IMG/VR virus record: IMGVR_UViG_3300035034_000432
Reading direction: 5' to 3' (one strand)
Origin: a virus
Length of the DNA: 58,456 nucleotides
Shown: in pieces, positions 1 through 8,533 of the stretch
How the letters are laid out: each line of letters starts with the position of its first letter
Numbering within the stretch: the stretch's first letter is position 1
The notes under the pieces: generated by a model
What the model saw: the letters and a program-made list of their open reading frames with translations, nothing else
The model's database searches: none
Told to the model about the DNA's origin: nothing
Program-made: the position numbers and the translations under genes

Positions 1-127
1 GCCATTCAAAGGATTGGTTAAAAACGCTCGACCGGTGGATTGATCTAATGTCGCGGCTAAAGAAACAGCCAATCCGCGAGTCAATGCAGCAAGAGGTTGA
101 TAGAGTCAGAACCGAAGTAATGCGCTA
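1..127 (+). repeat. 127-bp exact direct terminal repeat, left copy (overlap of a circular or circularly permuted genome assembly)
   Basis: nt 1-127 (gccattcaaaggattgg...gaagtaatgcgcta) match nt 58330-58456 base for base by eye. A k-mer-sized overlap like this is typical of a circular contig. Confidence 0.95.
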
Positions 128-560
128 CCGCGAACACAAGGTTTTGCCGGCATTGGCCGATAAGCAGGTGCCGTGCGAGCCGAGGCCCAGTATTGGCAGG
201 CGCAAGGCCGCACAGATTGGCCAAACCATCGGCGTACTGGCTCAGAATCAGGAAGGTAGAGTTTGTGCTGTGACTGATATGGGCCGGTGTACTTGGCTAC
301 GGGAGAATGTGACCGGAGAGGGAAATAGCCAAGGTGAGTTGCAGGGCATGGCCAACACGGTTTGTGGAACTCTGCCGTATGGCCAGACACTATCCCTGCG
401 AATGGAAAAGGACGCAGCCTGGCTGGAACTGGAAGACGAAAACGGCAACAACTTGGAACTAACTCACATGGATGAAGGCACATTGCTTGAGCAGATTGCA
501 GAGTCGGTCTTTACAGGCATTGCTGCAGCATTTGAAGAACAAAAGGACAAATCAAAATGA
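3..560 (+). CDS. hypothetical early protein, 3' part of a gene that wraps the contig ends (true start ATG 58308)
   Basis: The frame of ORF 48-560 stays open back to nt 3. Through the terminal repeat it is continuous with ATG 58308 (MSDAKAEGHSKDWLKTLDRWIDLMSRLKK...). No recognised motif. Confidence 0.7.
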   Translation, partial: HSKDWLKTLDRWIDLMSRLKKQPIRESMQQEVDRVRTEVMRYREHKVLPALADKQVPCEPRPSIGRRKAAQIGQTIGVLAQNQEGRVCAVTDMGRCTWLRENVTGEGNSQGELQGMANTVCGTLPYGQTLSLRMEKDAAWLELEDENGNNLELTHMDEGTLLEQIAESVFTGIAAAFEEQKDKSK

Positions 561-1054
561 GCCGCCGGTTTGGAAGGAATCAGCGCCGCAAGCTGCAGGC
601 CAAAGTCGCTTTCTTGGAGCGCAACCTGCTAAGAAGCCAGGGCCATTACCAGCAAGCGGTGAAGAACGGCGCCACTAACGCGGAAATCATCCAAGAAACA
701 GCTAATTTGCTGGGACAGCATTTCTGTACGCTTCCTGCCGAAAGCGTAGAAGTGACGAGCATGGGACCGTATCTGGAAGGCTACATGATGGACCGCAGCA
801 TTACGCACAGTCAGAATTTTATGCTGGAGGTATTGCCAGTGCTGCGAGGATCTGCAGTTATCGATGATCTAAGCGGCATGATGCACGTTCGGATAGAGAT
901 TGATGGCCATGTAGCTGGGTACGCAATAAGCCCAAAGGCGCTGGCCGAAATGCGATACGTGAGCGCGGCAAGAAAGCTGAACAAACAGATTTCAAGCATT
1001 CTAACGCACCACATAATGCGCTCAATTCAGAAAGAATACGGGATCAGGCCATGA
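557..1054 (+). CDS. hypothetical protein
   Basis: 165-aa ORF. Its ATG overlaps the upstream stop (ATGA), suggesting translational coupling. No recognised motif. Confidence 0.65.
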   Translation: MSRRFGRNQRRKLQAKVAFLERNLLRSQGHYQQAVKNGATNAEIIQETANLLGQHFCTLPAESVEVTSMGPYLEGYMMDRSITHSQNFMLEVLPVLRGSAVIDDLSGMMHVRIEIDGHVAGYAISPKALAEMRYVSAARKLNKQISSILTHHIMRSIQKEYGIRP

Positions 1055-1239
1055 GCGATATTCTGGACGAAGGTTGTTCGTGCCACGTCAGCCCGCCCTG
1101 CCGGTTTTGCGTAGAAACCTATGAATGTGAGCAGTGCCACTGCAGAGTAATTGGAGAGGACCAGGACGAACTGGCGGCAAGCAATCAGCTGTGCGATGAA
1201 TGCTTGGAGAAGGCGCCGCAGATCGACCCGCGATCGTGA
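1051..1239 (+). CDS. small Cys-rich (zinc-ribbon-like) protein
   Basis: 62 aa with CxC, CxxC, CxxCxC and CxxC clusters (CSCHVSPPCRFC...CEQCHC...LCDEC). ATGA overlap with the upstream gene. Confidence 0.55.
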   Translation: MSDILDEGCSCHVSPPCRFCVETYECEQCHCRVIGEDQDELAASNQLCDECLEKAPQIDPRS

Positions 1240-1292
1240 CAGGCACTGATTTACTCAAACCAAAATTCAGAGTTAAAAAGAAGGATCAAAAA

Positions 1293-1658
1293 ATGATACC
1301 GAAAAATGAAGACCTGGCAAGAGCGCTGACCAGAGAAACTCAACCGGAGAACAAAGCTATGGACAAGACACTAGGCAACACTGATGTAAACGGCGCGCGT
1401 AAAAACGTGAAAGACATTGTGGTATTCGGCAATGGCGACCTGTTTAAGCTACTGGCCAAGGCGTCAAGCGAAGCCGAAGGCTGGATGAAGTCAACGAAGG
1501 CCATGGCCACCGCCAAAGGTTGCGCAGTCCAGGTAACGACCCAACAGCGAAACCCTGACGGAACATACTCGATTGCGGAAGCGCTAACTTTTGTACCTGG
1601 CGTATTCATAGATGAGGACGAACACGGCAATCGTTACTTACGGTCAATAGACGGCTAA
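1293..1658 (+). CDS. hypothetical protein
   Basis: The ORF track starts at 1200. I prefer ATG 1293, which follows AAGAAGGA and avoids overlap with the upstream gene. No recognised motif. Confidence 0.6.
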   Translation: MIPKNEDLARALTRETQPENKAMDKTLGNTDVNGARKNVKDIVVFGNGDLFKLLAKASSEAEGWMKSTKAMATAKGCAVQVTTQQRNPDGTYSIAEALTFVPGVFIDEDEHGNRYLRSIDG

Positions 1659-1719
1659 ACCGCACATAGAGCGGTCACCAGCCTTCAATGATACAATCTG
1701 TGCATCTGTCAGCGCCTTA

Positions 1720-2409
1720 ATGGAGGAAACCATGGCAAACGAAGATGCACAGACACCAAAACCCGCAAAGAAGAAGATCCCCAGATCACCAGCTGGACGA
1801 AAGCCCGCAGCGAAGAAGCCCGCCGTACCTGTAAAACCAAAAACCCTGAAGAACGGCAAGCCTGACCACCGCGCAAAGCCCAAGGGTAAGACCCAGGCCG
1901 CAAAGGATGCCGCAATACCGTCACCAGAAGGCAGGCCAACAATGTTCGATGAAGCCATGGCCGATAAGGTTCTGGAACACTTGGCAACCGGCGGAGCAAT
2001 GCGCACATTCATGGAAATGGACGGTTACCCATACCCTTGTACGGTCTACCGATGGCTGTTCAGATACCCTAAGTTTAGAGACAACTACCTTGAGGCCCGA
2101 AATATCGGCATGTTTGCGATGGGTGAAGACATGTTCGATATTGCAGATGATGGCGCCAACGATTACATGGAAAAGCTGGATAAAGACGGGCAGGCGGCAG
2201 GCTGGCGCGAGAACGGCGAGACTGTCCAGCGCTCACGTTTACGGGTTCAGACTCGCCAGTGGTACATGGAGCGAATGAACGCGCGCCATTTTGGCGACAA
2301 AAAGCAGGTTAAGCATGAAGTGGACGAGGATTCAGTATTGTCGGGGATCTTGAAATCAGTAAGCGGAGCCACTTTGAGGCCGAAGCCCCAAAGCAAGCGT
2401 GAGGATTAA
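1720..2409 (+). CDS. terS: terminase small subunit (Sf6 gp1-like)
   Basis: TVYRWL..FRDNYLEAR...FDIADD...RSRLRVQTRQWYMERMNARHFGDK parallels the Sf6 gp1 small terminase as I remember it (TVFRWL..FRDKY..AR..FEIADN..ARLRVDTRKWALARMNPRKYGDK). The N-terminal tail is basic and Lys/Pro-rich. ATG 1732 behind GGAGGA is an alternative start. Confidence 0.85.
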   Translation: MEETMANEDAQTPKPAKKKIPRSPAGRKPAAKKPAVPVKPKTLKNGKPDHRAKPKGKTQAAKDAAIPSPEGRPTMFDEAMADKVLEHLATGGAMRTFMEMDGYPYPCTVYRWLFRYPKFRDNYLEARNIGMFAMGEDMFDIADDGANDYMEKLDKDGQAAGWRENGETVQRSRLRVQTRQWYMERMNARHFGDKKQVKHEVDEDSVLSGILKSVSGATLRPKPQSKRED

Positions 2410-2753
2410 TTGCGTTGACACAGGTTTTCGATTGCGCTGATACGCTGCAACAGAGTCATGGCTCCCACTTCATCGGCAGCCAGCTTTACCTCGGCCCGGG
2501 TGAAGGCCGGCAGTTTAGACTCAACGATCAGTCGCGGCAGCAATTCGATCATGCTGGCGCGCATTCTGTGAATTGTGGAGGGCAAGGCCAACAAAACCTC
2601 ACAAGATTTCACGGAGAGCGCCGTTTCAGCATTGCGCATGACCAAGTAATGGTACCGTTCGGCCATTACGTTGACCCGCTTGCTGAATGGCAGGGGCGAG
2701 GTGTCCTTGATTCTTTGCAGTTCAGGAGACAGTCGAATTGATGTATTGCTCAT
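2406..2753 (-). CDS. hypothetical helical protein, last gene of the reverse-strand cassette
   Basis: 115-aa ORF. Its start overlaps the stop of the RadC-like gene. Its stop and the terS stop share the palindrome TTAA at 2406-2409. No recognised motif. Confidence 0.6.
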   Translation of the reverse strand: MSNTSIRLSPELQRIKDTSPLPFSKRVNVMAERYHYLVMRNAETALSVKSCEVLLALPSTIHRMRASMIELLPRLIVESKLPAFTRAEVKLAADEVGAMTLLQRISAIENLCQRN

Positions 2754-3280
2754 ACCAGACCCCTTTCAGCCAGAGACACAGTTTGGTTGCCGCCAACAAC
2801 CGTGTGGTCAAGAACACGAACATCAATGTGGGCCAGTGCATCCTTCAATCGCTTGGTAAGCGATATATCGGCTTGGCTTGGCTCTGGATTGCCGCTTGGG
2901 TGGTTGTGAAAGAATATGCAGGCGCCGGCGTTGTGCTGCAGGGCAGACTTGATTACTTCGCGCGGATAGACCGCAGCGCCATCGATCGTTCCGTAAAACA
3001 TATCGATCACGGCAATCGTTTTATGCCGGTTATCCAGCCAGATTACGCCGAACACTTCCGATTGATGCTTGGCCAGGTGATTAGCCAGAAACCGCTTGGT
3101 AATGTCCGGCGATGTCAGGCAATCAGACTTGCGCAGAAACTTGGCTTCAATAATGTCAGCCGCTTGCTCAAAAAGGCCCAGTTCTTCAGCTGTAAACATA
3201 TCGAATCCGTTATTAGGCGCAGTGAATGGATCTTGCTCAACGTTGTAACTTGGCGATTGCTCTGTTCCGATGCTTTTCAT
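2750..3280 (-). CDS. radC: RadC-like JAB/MPN domain protein
   Basis: VFGVIWLDNRHKTIAV..FYGTIDGAAVYPREVIKSAL.HNAGACIFFHNHPSGNPEPSQADISLTKRL...DVRVLDH is the classical RadC/JAMM signature (HNHPSG...S..D). Confidence 0.9.
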   Translation of the reverse strand: MKSIGTEQSPSYNVEQDPFTAPNNGFDMFTAEELGLFEQAADIIEAKFLRKSDCLTSPDITKRFLANHLAKHQSEVFGVIWLDNRHKTIAVIDMFYGTIDGAAVYPREVIKSALQHNAGACIFFHNHPSGNPEPSQADISLTKRLKDALAHIDVRVLDHTVVGGNQTVSLAERGLV

Positions 3281-3334
3281 AGTCGTTTCCTTGTGTGCAG
3301 TAGAGTGGCGCCAGCTTTGCCAGCGCCGTTGTGG

Positions 3335-3595
3335 TTAAGTCGCGGTATAACGGCCAGCGTCATACGCTGCCATGATCTTGTCGGTGGTGACGTAATCGCC
3401 ATCCACTTCCATAGTGCCTTTGATTCCGCGCGTGGTGTCGTGAAACTCAACCGTATGAACGATGTTCCATTCCGGCATGACGGAACATTTCTCAGACTTG
3501 ATAATCTTGGCCTTGATGATCTGGCCATCGGGCGAGTACATACGCCCAGTGTTAAAGTCAGCTGCGATGTTAAGTTTAAAAACGTGGTAGTCCAT
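3335..3595 (-). CDS. hypothetical small protein, first gene of the reverse-strand cassette
   Basis: The ORF track gives 3335-3688. I prefer ATG 3595 (MDYHVFKL...), preceded by AAGGAAG at a 7-nt spacing. No recognised motif. Confidence 0.55.
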   Translation of the reverse strand: MDYHVFKLNIAADFNTGRMYSPDGQIIKAKIIKSEKCSVMPEWNIVHTVEFHDTTRGIKGTMEVDGDYVTTDKIMAAYDAGRYTAT

Positions 3596-3629
3596 TTTTC
3601 GGCTTCCTTTTTGGCTTGCTTGAGACTGT

Positions 3630-3657
3630 ATTGTAATACGTTTTGTACCACAAACAA
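3630..3657 (-). promoter_or_regulatory. candidate sigma70-like promoter for the reverse cassette
   Basis: On the minus strand: TTGTTT (3657-3652), a 16-nt spacer, then TACAAT (3635-3630), about 35 nt upstream of ATG 3595. Pattern match only. Confidence 0.35.
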
Positions 3658-3699
3658 AGTATTTATTGACCGGATTACCCAAAAACACGGGGTTTTAAC

Positions 3700-5343
3700 G
3701 TGACAGCAAGCAAAAACCCGCCAGCCGGTCCTATCACCAGGGCGCGGCAGTTATCGCTTGCTGCCAGGCCGATGGACTTCACGCCGCGTGATCCAGCGGA
3801 AACACAGGCAGCGCTATCTGTTCCGCTCTGGCGTATCAGCCACCTGTACAAGATCATCGTGAAGGGTGAAGACGAAAGCGGGGACGACCAAGACCTGATA
3901 ATGATGTTCAAGCCCAACAAACCGCAGCGCAAAGTGATAGCCAGGCTATGGCACCGCAACCTAATTTTGAAAGCGCGGCAGCTGGGTTTCACAACGTTCA
4001 TAGCCATCCTGTTTCTGGATTACTCGCTGTTTGGCAAAGGAAACACTCGGGCAGGCATCATTGCGCACACCGAGGGCAGCGCTAAGAACATCTTTAGAGA
4101 CAAGGTTAAGTTTGCCTATACCAACCTACCAGCTGACCTTCTTGCGCTGTTCCCTGTGCAGCGTGACAGTGCAGACGAGCTACTGTTTGCGCACAACAAC
4201 AGTTCTATTCGCGTATCAACGTCAATGCGATCGGGAACGATCAACTATTTGCACGTTTCTGAATTTGGCAAGATATGCGCGCGATTCCCTGACCGAGCGA
4301 ACGAGGTAATCACCGGCAGCATTCCGGCGGTACCGCTATCAGGCATGGTCTTCATTGAAAGCACGGCAGAAGGTAAAGACGGCGAGTTTTACAAAATGTC
4401 CCAGCGGAGCCAGGCGCTCTTCGACGCAGGCCGAGAGCTTAACCTCAAACAGTACCAGTTCCACTTTTTCGCGTGGTGGGAGGCGCCAGAATACAGAATG
4501 GCGGCAGATTCGACGGTCATATCACCGGAGGAACACGCTTATTTCGATTCAGTAGAGCAAAAGATCAAACGCAAGCTGGACCCTGAGCAGCGAGCGTGGT
4601 GGATAGTCACTCGGGATGAAGACTTCGTTGGTGACGAGCAGAAGATGTGGCAGGAATACCCGAGCTTTCCCGAAGAGGCATTCCAGGTATCGCGCGAAGG
4701 GACGTATTTTTCTAAGCAACTGCAGCAGGCCCGCAAAGAGAAACGCATTATTGACCACTTGCCTATGCTGCCTGGCATACCGTGCTGGACCTTTTGGGAT
4801 ATCGGCAACAACGATGGAACGGCGATATGGGTGATCCAGAAGGTTGGGATGGAATTTAGATGCGTCCGATTCTATGAAGCGTGGGGGGAAAGCTACTCAC
4901 ACGCCACAAAATGGCTGCAAGACCAGAACATAACGTATTCGACGCATTACTTGCCGCACGATGCAGACCACACCAGGCAGGGCAAGGAGATCAACGAAAG
5001 CCCGAAACAGATGCTTGAAAAGCTATTGCCAACGCACAACTTTGAAATTGTGCCTCGCATTGAAGAGATAACGTGGGGCATCAATCAAACCCGGGACGTA
5101 TTCCCGCTGCTATATTTTGATCTTGAGCATTGCAAAGAAGGCGTGGTGCATATCGAAATGTACCGGAAGAAATGGAACTCGACTCAAGAGCGATGGAGCG
5201 ACCAGCCCGACAAGTCTGGCGGTCACTCAGAAGCGGCAGACGCACTACGGCAGTTTGGCCAGGCATACACAAATGGGCAGATTAACGTTTACAAAACTCG
5301 GAAAAAGCCTAAAAACCGTCGACCAGGCGGTATGACGGCATAA
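3700..5343 (+). CDS. terL: terminase large subunit
   Basis: 547 aa. Contains KARQLGFTT (Walker-A-like motif of P22/Sf6-type large terminases), FIESTAEG, and the nuclease-region segment HYLPHDADH. GTG start 7 nt after GGGG. In-frame ATG 3772 is an alternative start. Confidence 0.88.
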   Translation: MTASKNPPAGPITRARQLSLAARPMDFTPRDPAETQAALSVPLWRISHLYKIIVKGEDESGDDQDLIMMFKPNKPQRKVIARLWHRNLILKARQLGFTTFIAILFLDYSLFGKGNTRAGIIAHTEGSAKNIFRDKVKFAYTNLPADLLALFPVQRDSADELLFAHNNSSIRVSTSMRSGTINYLHVSEFGKICARFPDRANEVITGSIPAVPLSGMVFIESTAEGKDGEFYKMSQRSQALFDAGRELNLKQYQFHFFAWWEAPEYRMAADSTVISPEEHAYFDSVEQKIKRKLDPEQRAWWIVTRDEDFVGDEQKMWQEYPSFPEEAFQVSREGTYFSKQLQQARKEKRIIDHLPMLPGIPCWTFWDIGNNDGTAIWVIQKVGMEFRCVRFYEAWGESYSHATKWLQDQNITYSTHYLPHDADHTRQGKEINESPKQMLEKLLPTHNFEIVPRIEEITWGINQTRDVFPLLYFDLEHCKEGVVHIEMYRKKWNSTQERWSDQPDKSGGHSEAADALRQFGQAYTNGQINVYKTRKKPKNRRPGGMTA

Positions 5344-5358
5344 ATTGGAGCAAGCAAA

Positions 5359-5799
5359 ATGGCTGAAAGACCCGCATTAGATTTGACTGTATTTGACTTT
5401 AAACGCCAGTCGCGTGAATTAACCGTATTCGGCACATGGATCGAAGACGAAGAGGAAGAGGATGACGAGCCGTGCCTTGTTATCACTGAAACAAGAAAGA
5501 TTGGTAGTGACAAACTGATACCCTGTGCAGTATTGCTTTCGGAAGCCTGGCGGTATGATGACCCTGCCAACGGTCACCTTCATTTGCTGTCAGTCGCCAT
5601 GAGATTTGTGAAGGCCATGGGTTTAACCGACAATATGACAAACGCGCACATGGTTGCTGACGCAATACACGGACACTTGCTGGACCTAATCAAGATTCCG
5701 CCAAAGCCAAGAGGCGTAAATCGAAATTCAGGAGCCGAGGCTACTATTGTAGATCCCAACGGCAAGCGGATATCAATTGAAATGTATGACAACGAATAA
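5359..5799 (+). CDS. hypothetical protein between terL and portal
   Basis: 146-aa ORF containing an acidic run (EDEEEEDDE). No recognised motif. Confidence 0.6.
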   Translation: MAERPALDLTVFDFKRQSRELTVFGTWIEDEEEEDDEPCLVITETRKIGSDKLIPCAVLLSEAWRYDDPANGHLHLLSVAMRFVKAMGLTDNMTNAHMVADAIHGHLLDLIKIPPKPRGVNRNSGAEATIVDPNGKRISIEMYDNE

Positions 5800-5810
5800 G
5801 GGGCATTCCA

Positions 5811-8168
5811 GTGTTTGATTTAAGCGACGATACGATCACCGAAGTTAAACGCAGGAATAACCCGCTCGAGGACAATAGCCTTTACGGAAAAATGGACGAT
5901 GAAGACGAGGACGCCGGCGAAGATTCAGGCAAAGACGACCTCGACAGTGCTGACAACGTGGAACTGCACAAACGGCTTTTGGCGTTTTACCAAAACGAAC
6001 TGGACCGCCAAGAAGAAAACCGAGTGCAAATGTCGATCGATGCCGATTATTACGACCATGTTCAGTGGAGCGAGCAAGACTCGGAAGAGATCATGGCGCG
6101 CGGGCAAGAGCCATTGGTGTACAACGTGGTGTCGCAAGCCTGCAACTGGATCATCGGCAGCGAGAAGAAAGGCCGAGTTGACTACAAGGTTTTGCCGCGA
6201 GGACCGGAGGACGCAGTACCGGCGCAGCGCAAGACCAAGATGTTTAAGTACGTCACTGACATAAACCGTACACAGTTCCACCGGAGCCGAGCGTTTGAAG
6301 ACTCCGTAAAAGTCGGCATAGGTTGGATGGAGTGCGGCATACAGGACGATAGCGACGAAGAAATGCTGTTTGAGCGCTACGAGTCATGGCGGAACATGCT
6401 TTGGGACAGCAGCAGCACTGAAATGGACCTCAAGGATGCGCGTTACGTGATCCGCAGCAAGTGGATCGATGAAGATATCGCCATAACGATGTTTCCCGAC
6501 CGCGCCGATATCATTAAGCGATCTGCAGTAGAAAATACGTTCGATGCTGGCAACGACCACGAGTACGGCGACCAGGCAATGGACAGCCAGGAAGAGACTC
6601 TGGAAGACAACGTTGGTGGCCGGGGTACCGATTCAGGCACCAGGCCGCGCGTGAGAATGATTGAAATTTGGTACAAGAAGCCCATTCGCCGCGAGCGCTT
6701 GCAGGGCGGCAAACTTAACGGCGACACATTCGACGCGGAAGACGAGCAGCAACAAGAGGAAATCCAATCAGGCCGGTCGGTTGTTAACAGTCTGGTTCAA
6801 ATGCGTGTATGCGTTGCGGTAATGGCCATGGCCGGCCTGTGCTACAACGATGAAAGCCCCTACAAGCACAATCGATATCCCTTCACGCCGATTTTCAGCT
6901 ACCGCCGCGACCGCGACAACCTACCGTATGGCACCATTCGCGGCATGCGTGATGTTCAGAAAGATATAAACAAGCGCGCAAGCAAGGCGCTCTACATTAT
7001 GTCGACGAACAAAATAATGATGGAGAAGGGCGCCGTCGACGATATTGACGAGCTTAGAGAAGAAGCCGCACGGCCTGACGCCATCATTGAGTACAAAAAA
7101 GGTTACGCACTTGATTTAAACGTCGACCGGGGACTGGAAGAAACCCATCTGCGCATGATGGAGCGTGATATTGCATTCAGCCAGACCGCCAGCGGTGTAA
7201 CGGATGAACTGCAGGGCAAGACAACCAACGCCCAGTCTGGTATCGCCGTTCAGCGCCGGCAAGAACAAGGCATGATGAGTACAGCCAAGCTGTTCGATAA
7301 CCTTCGCCTGGCATTCCAGATCCAGGGTGAGAAGGTTTTGTCGTTGATGGAGCAATATTACAGCGAGGAAAAAGTATTCCGCATTACGAACGAGCGTGGG
7401 ACGCCGGAGTTTGTGACCGTAAATGACGGGCTGCCAGAAAACGATATTGTGAACACGAAAGCAGACTTTATTGTGTTTGAAAGCGAATGGCGCGCATCAA
7501 TCCGTGAGGCCCAAGCAGAGAAGCTGGCGGATATGATGGGACAGATGCCGCCGGAGGTTGCCATCATCTTGCTGGATCTGGTTGTCGAAGCCATGGACTT
7601 GCCAAACGCGGAAGAAATTGTTAAGCGTATTCGCCAGATCAACGGGCAGCGTGACCCTGACGCCACTGAAATTACAGAAGAAGAACAGGCGGCTATGGAA
7701 GACCAGGCCCAGCAGAAGAAAATGCAGAACGATATGGTTCAGGCTGAATTGCGCAAGAAAATGGCCGAAGCTGGCAAAACCGAGGCAGAGCAGCAGGCTG
7801 TATTGTCGAAGCTTAATGAGAATGCTGCGGCAGCTACTAACCGCAACATGGACAGTCAGACCAAAGCCATTGAAGCGGCCAAGGAAGCGCTGGCGTATCC
7901 GCAGGTGACCCGTATCGCTGACAAGCTGATGCGAGAGTTTGGTTTTGTGTCACAGACCGAAAAAGAGGCAACCGAGCAAGCCGCCGCAGCCGATCAACAG
8001 CGCCAGGCTGCCATGGAAGAGCAGGCAATGATGGAAGAGCAGGCCCAGCAGGAGCAGCAGGCGGCAATGGAGGAAGAACAGACCGCCATGATGAAGCAAC
8101 AGCAGCAGGGCCAGCAGCAGCAGGGCCAGCAGCAGCAACCAACCCCAGGCATGACGCCAGGCACATAG
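5811..8168 (+). CDS. portal protein (putative)
   Basis: 785 aa, in the portal position after terL. GTG start 7 nt after AAGGGG. A C-terminal extension of more than 150 aa, helical and E/Q/A/M-rich, is reminiscent of a P22-type portal barrel and ends in (QQQQG)n. The call rests on position and size, not a motif. Confidence 0.72.
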   Translation: MFDLSDDTITEVKRRNNPLEDNSLYGKMDDEDEDAGEDSGKDDLDSADNVELHKRLLAFYQNELDRQEENRVQMSIDADYYDHVQWSEQDSEEIMARGQEPLVYNVVSQACNWIIGSEKKGRVDYKVLPRGPEDAVPAQRKTKMFKYVTDINRTQFHRSRAFEDSVKVGIGWMECGIQDDSDEEMLFERYESWRNMLWDSSSTEMDLKDARYVIRSKWIDEDIAITMFPDRADIIKRSAVENTFDAGNDHEYGDQAMDSQEETLEDNVGGRGTDSGTRPRVRMIEIWYKKPIRRERLQGGKLNGDTFDAEDEQQQEEIQSGRSVVNSLVQMRVCVAVMAMAGLCYNDESPYKHNRYPFTPIFSYRRDRDNLPYGTIRGMRDVQKDINKRASKALYIMSTNKIMMEKGAVDDIDELREEAARPDAIIEYKKGYALDLNVDRGLEETHLRMMERDIAFSQTASGVTDELQGKTTNAQSGIAVQRRQEQGMMSTAKLFDNLRLAFQIQGEKVLSLMEQYYSEEKVFRITNERGTPEFVTVNDGLPENDIVNTKADFIVFESEWRASIREAQAEKLADMMGQMPPEVAIILLDLVVEAMDLPNAEEIVKRIRQINGQRDPDATEITEEEQAAMEDQAQQKKMQNDMVQAELRKKMAEAGKTEAEQQAVLSKLNENAAAATNRNMDSQTKAIEAAKEALAYPQVTRIADKLMREFGFVSQTEKEATEQAAAADQQRQAAMEEQAMMEEQAQQEQQAAMEEEQTAMMKQQQQGQQQQGQQQQPTPGMTPGT

Positions 8169-8183
8169 AAAAGAGGTCAGGAA

Positions 8184-8504
8184 ATGGACGATAAGAATTT
8201 TTACCTAAATTCAGAAGGCGTAGTAATGCCGCGCCACAACACGGTTACAGACGAGTTGATTGATTCGCGCATAATCAAAGAGCAATACCACGTATTTGAC
8301 GGGACCACGGTAACGGTCTGTGTGCTGACGCTGGTTAATGAATTTACAGTCATTGGAGAGTCGGCCTGTGCAGACCCGGCTAACTTCAATGAAGGTACCG
8401 GAAGGCATTACGCTCGCCGTGACGCAACCACGAAAATTGGCCGGCTGGAAGGTTACTTGCTGCGCCAGCAGCTGCACGAAGGCAAAGGAAAAACCCGAGC
8501 TTAA
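8184..8504 (+). CDS. N4 gp49 / Sf6 gp66 family protein
   Basis: TVTVCVLTLVNEFTVIGESACADPANFNEGTGRHYARRDATTKIGRLEGYLLRQ fits the remembered signature of the Phage_gp49_66 family (..C.l.l.NGf.v.GeSac..p.NF....G...A...A..k.w.lEGY.L). Confidence 0.75.
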   Translation: MDDKNFYLNSEGVVMPRHNTVTDELIDSRIIKEQYHVFDGTTVTVCVLTLVNEFTVIGESACADPANFNEGTGRHYARRDATTKIGRLEGYLLRQQLHEGKGKTRA

Positions 8505-8533
8505 CAATTAACAACTGTTCAAAAGGTGATGAA

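Noticed and set aside
2738-3703. 321-aa plus-strand ORF that would fill the terS-terL gap in the 'expected' orientation
   Set aside because: Its translation has no recognisable motif and odd composition. The opposite strand encodes an unmistakable RadC/JAB domain (HNHPSG...) plus two coupled ORFs with good SD sequences. The plus-strand ORF is therefore an antisense shadow.
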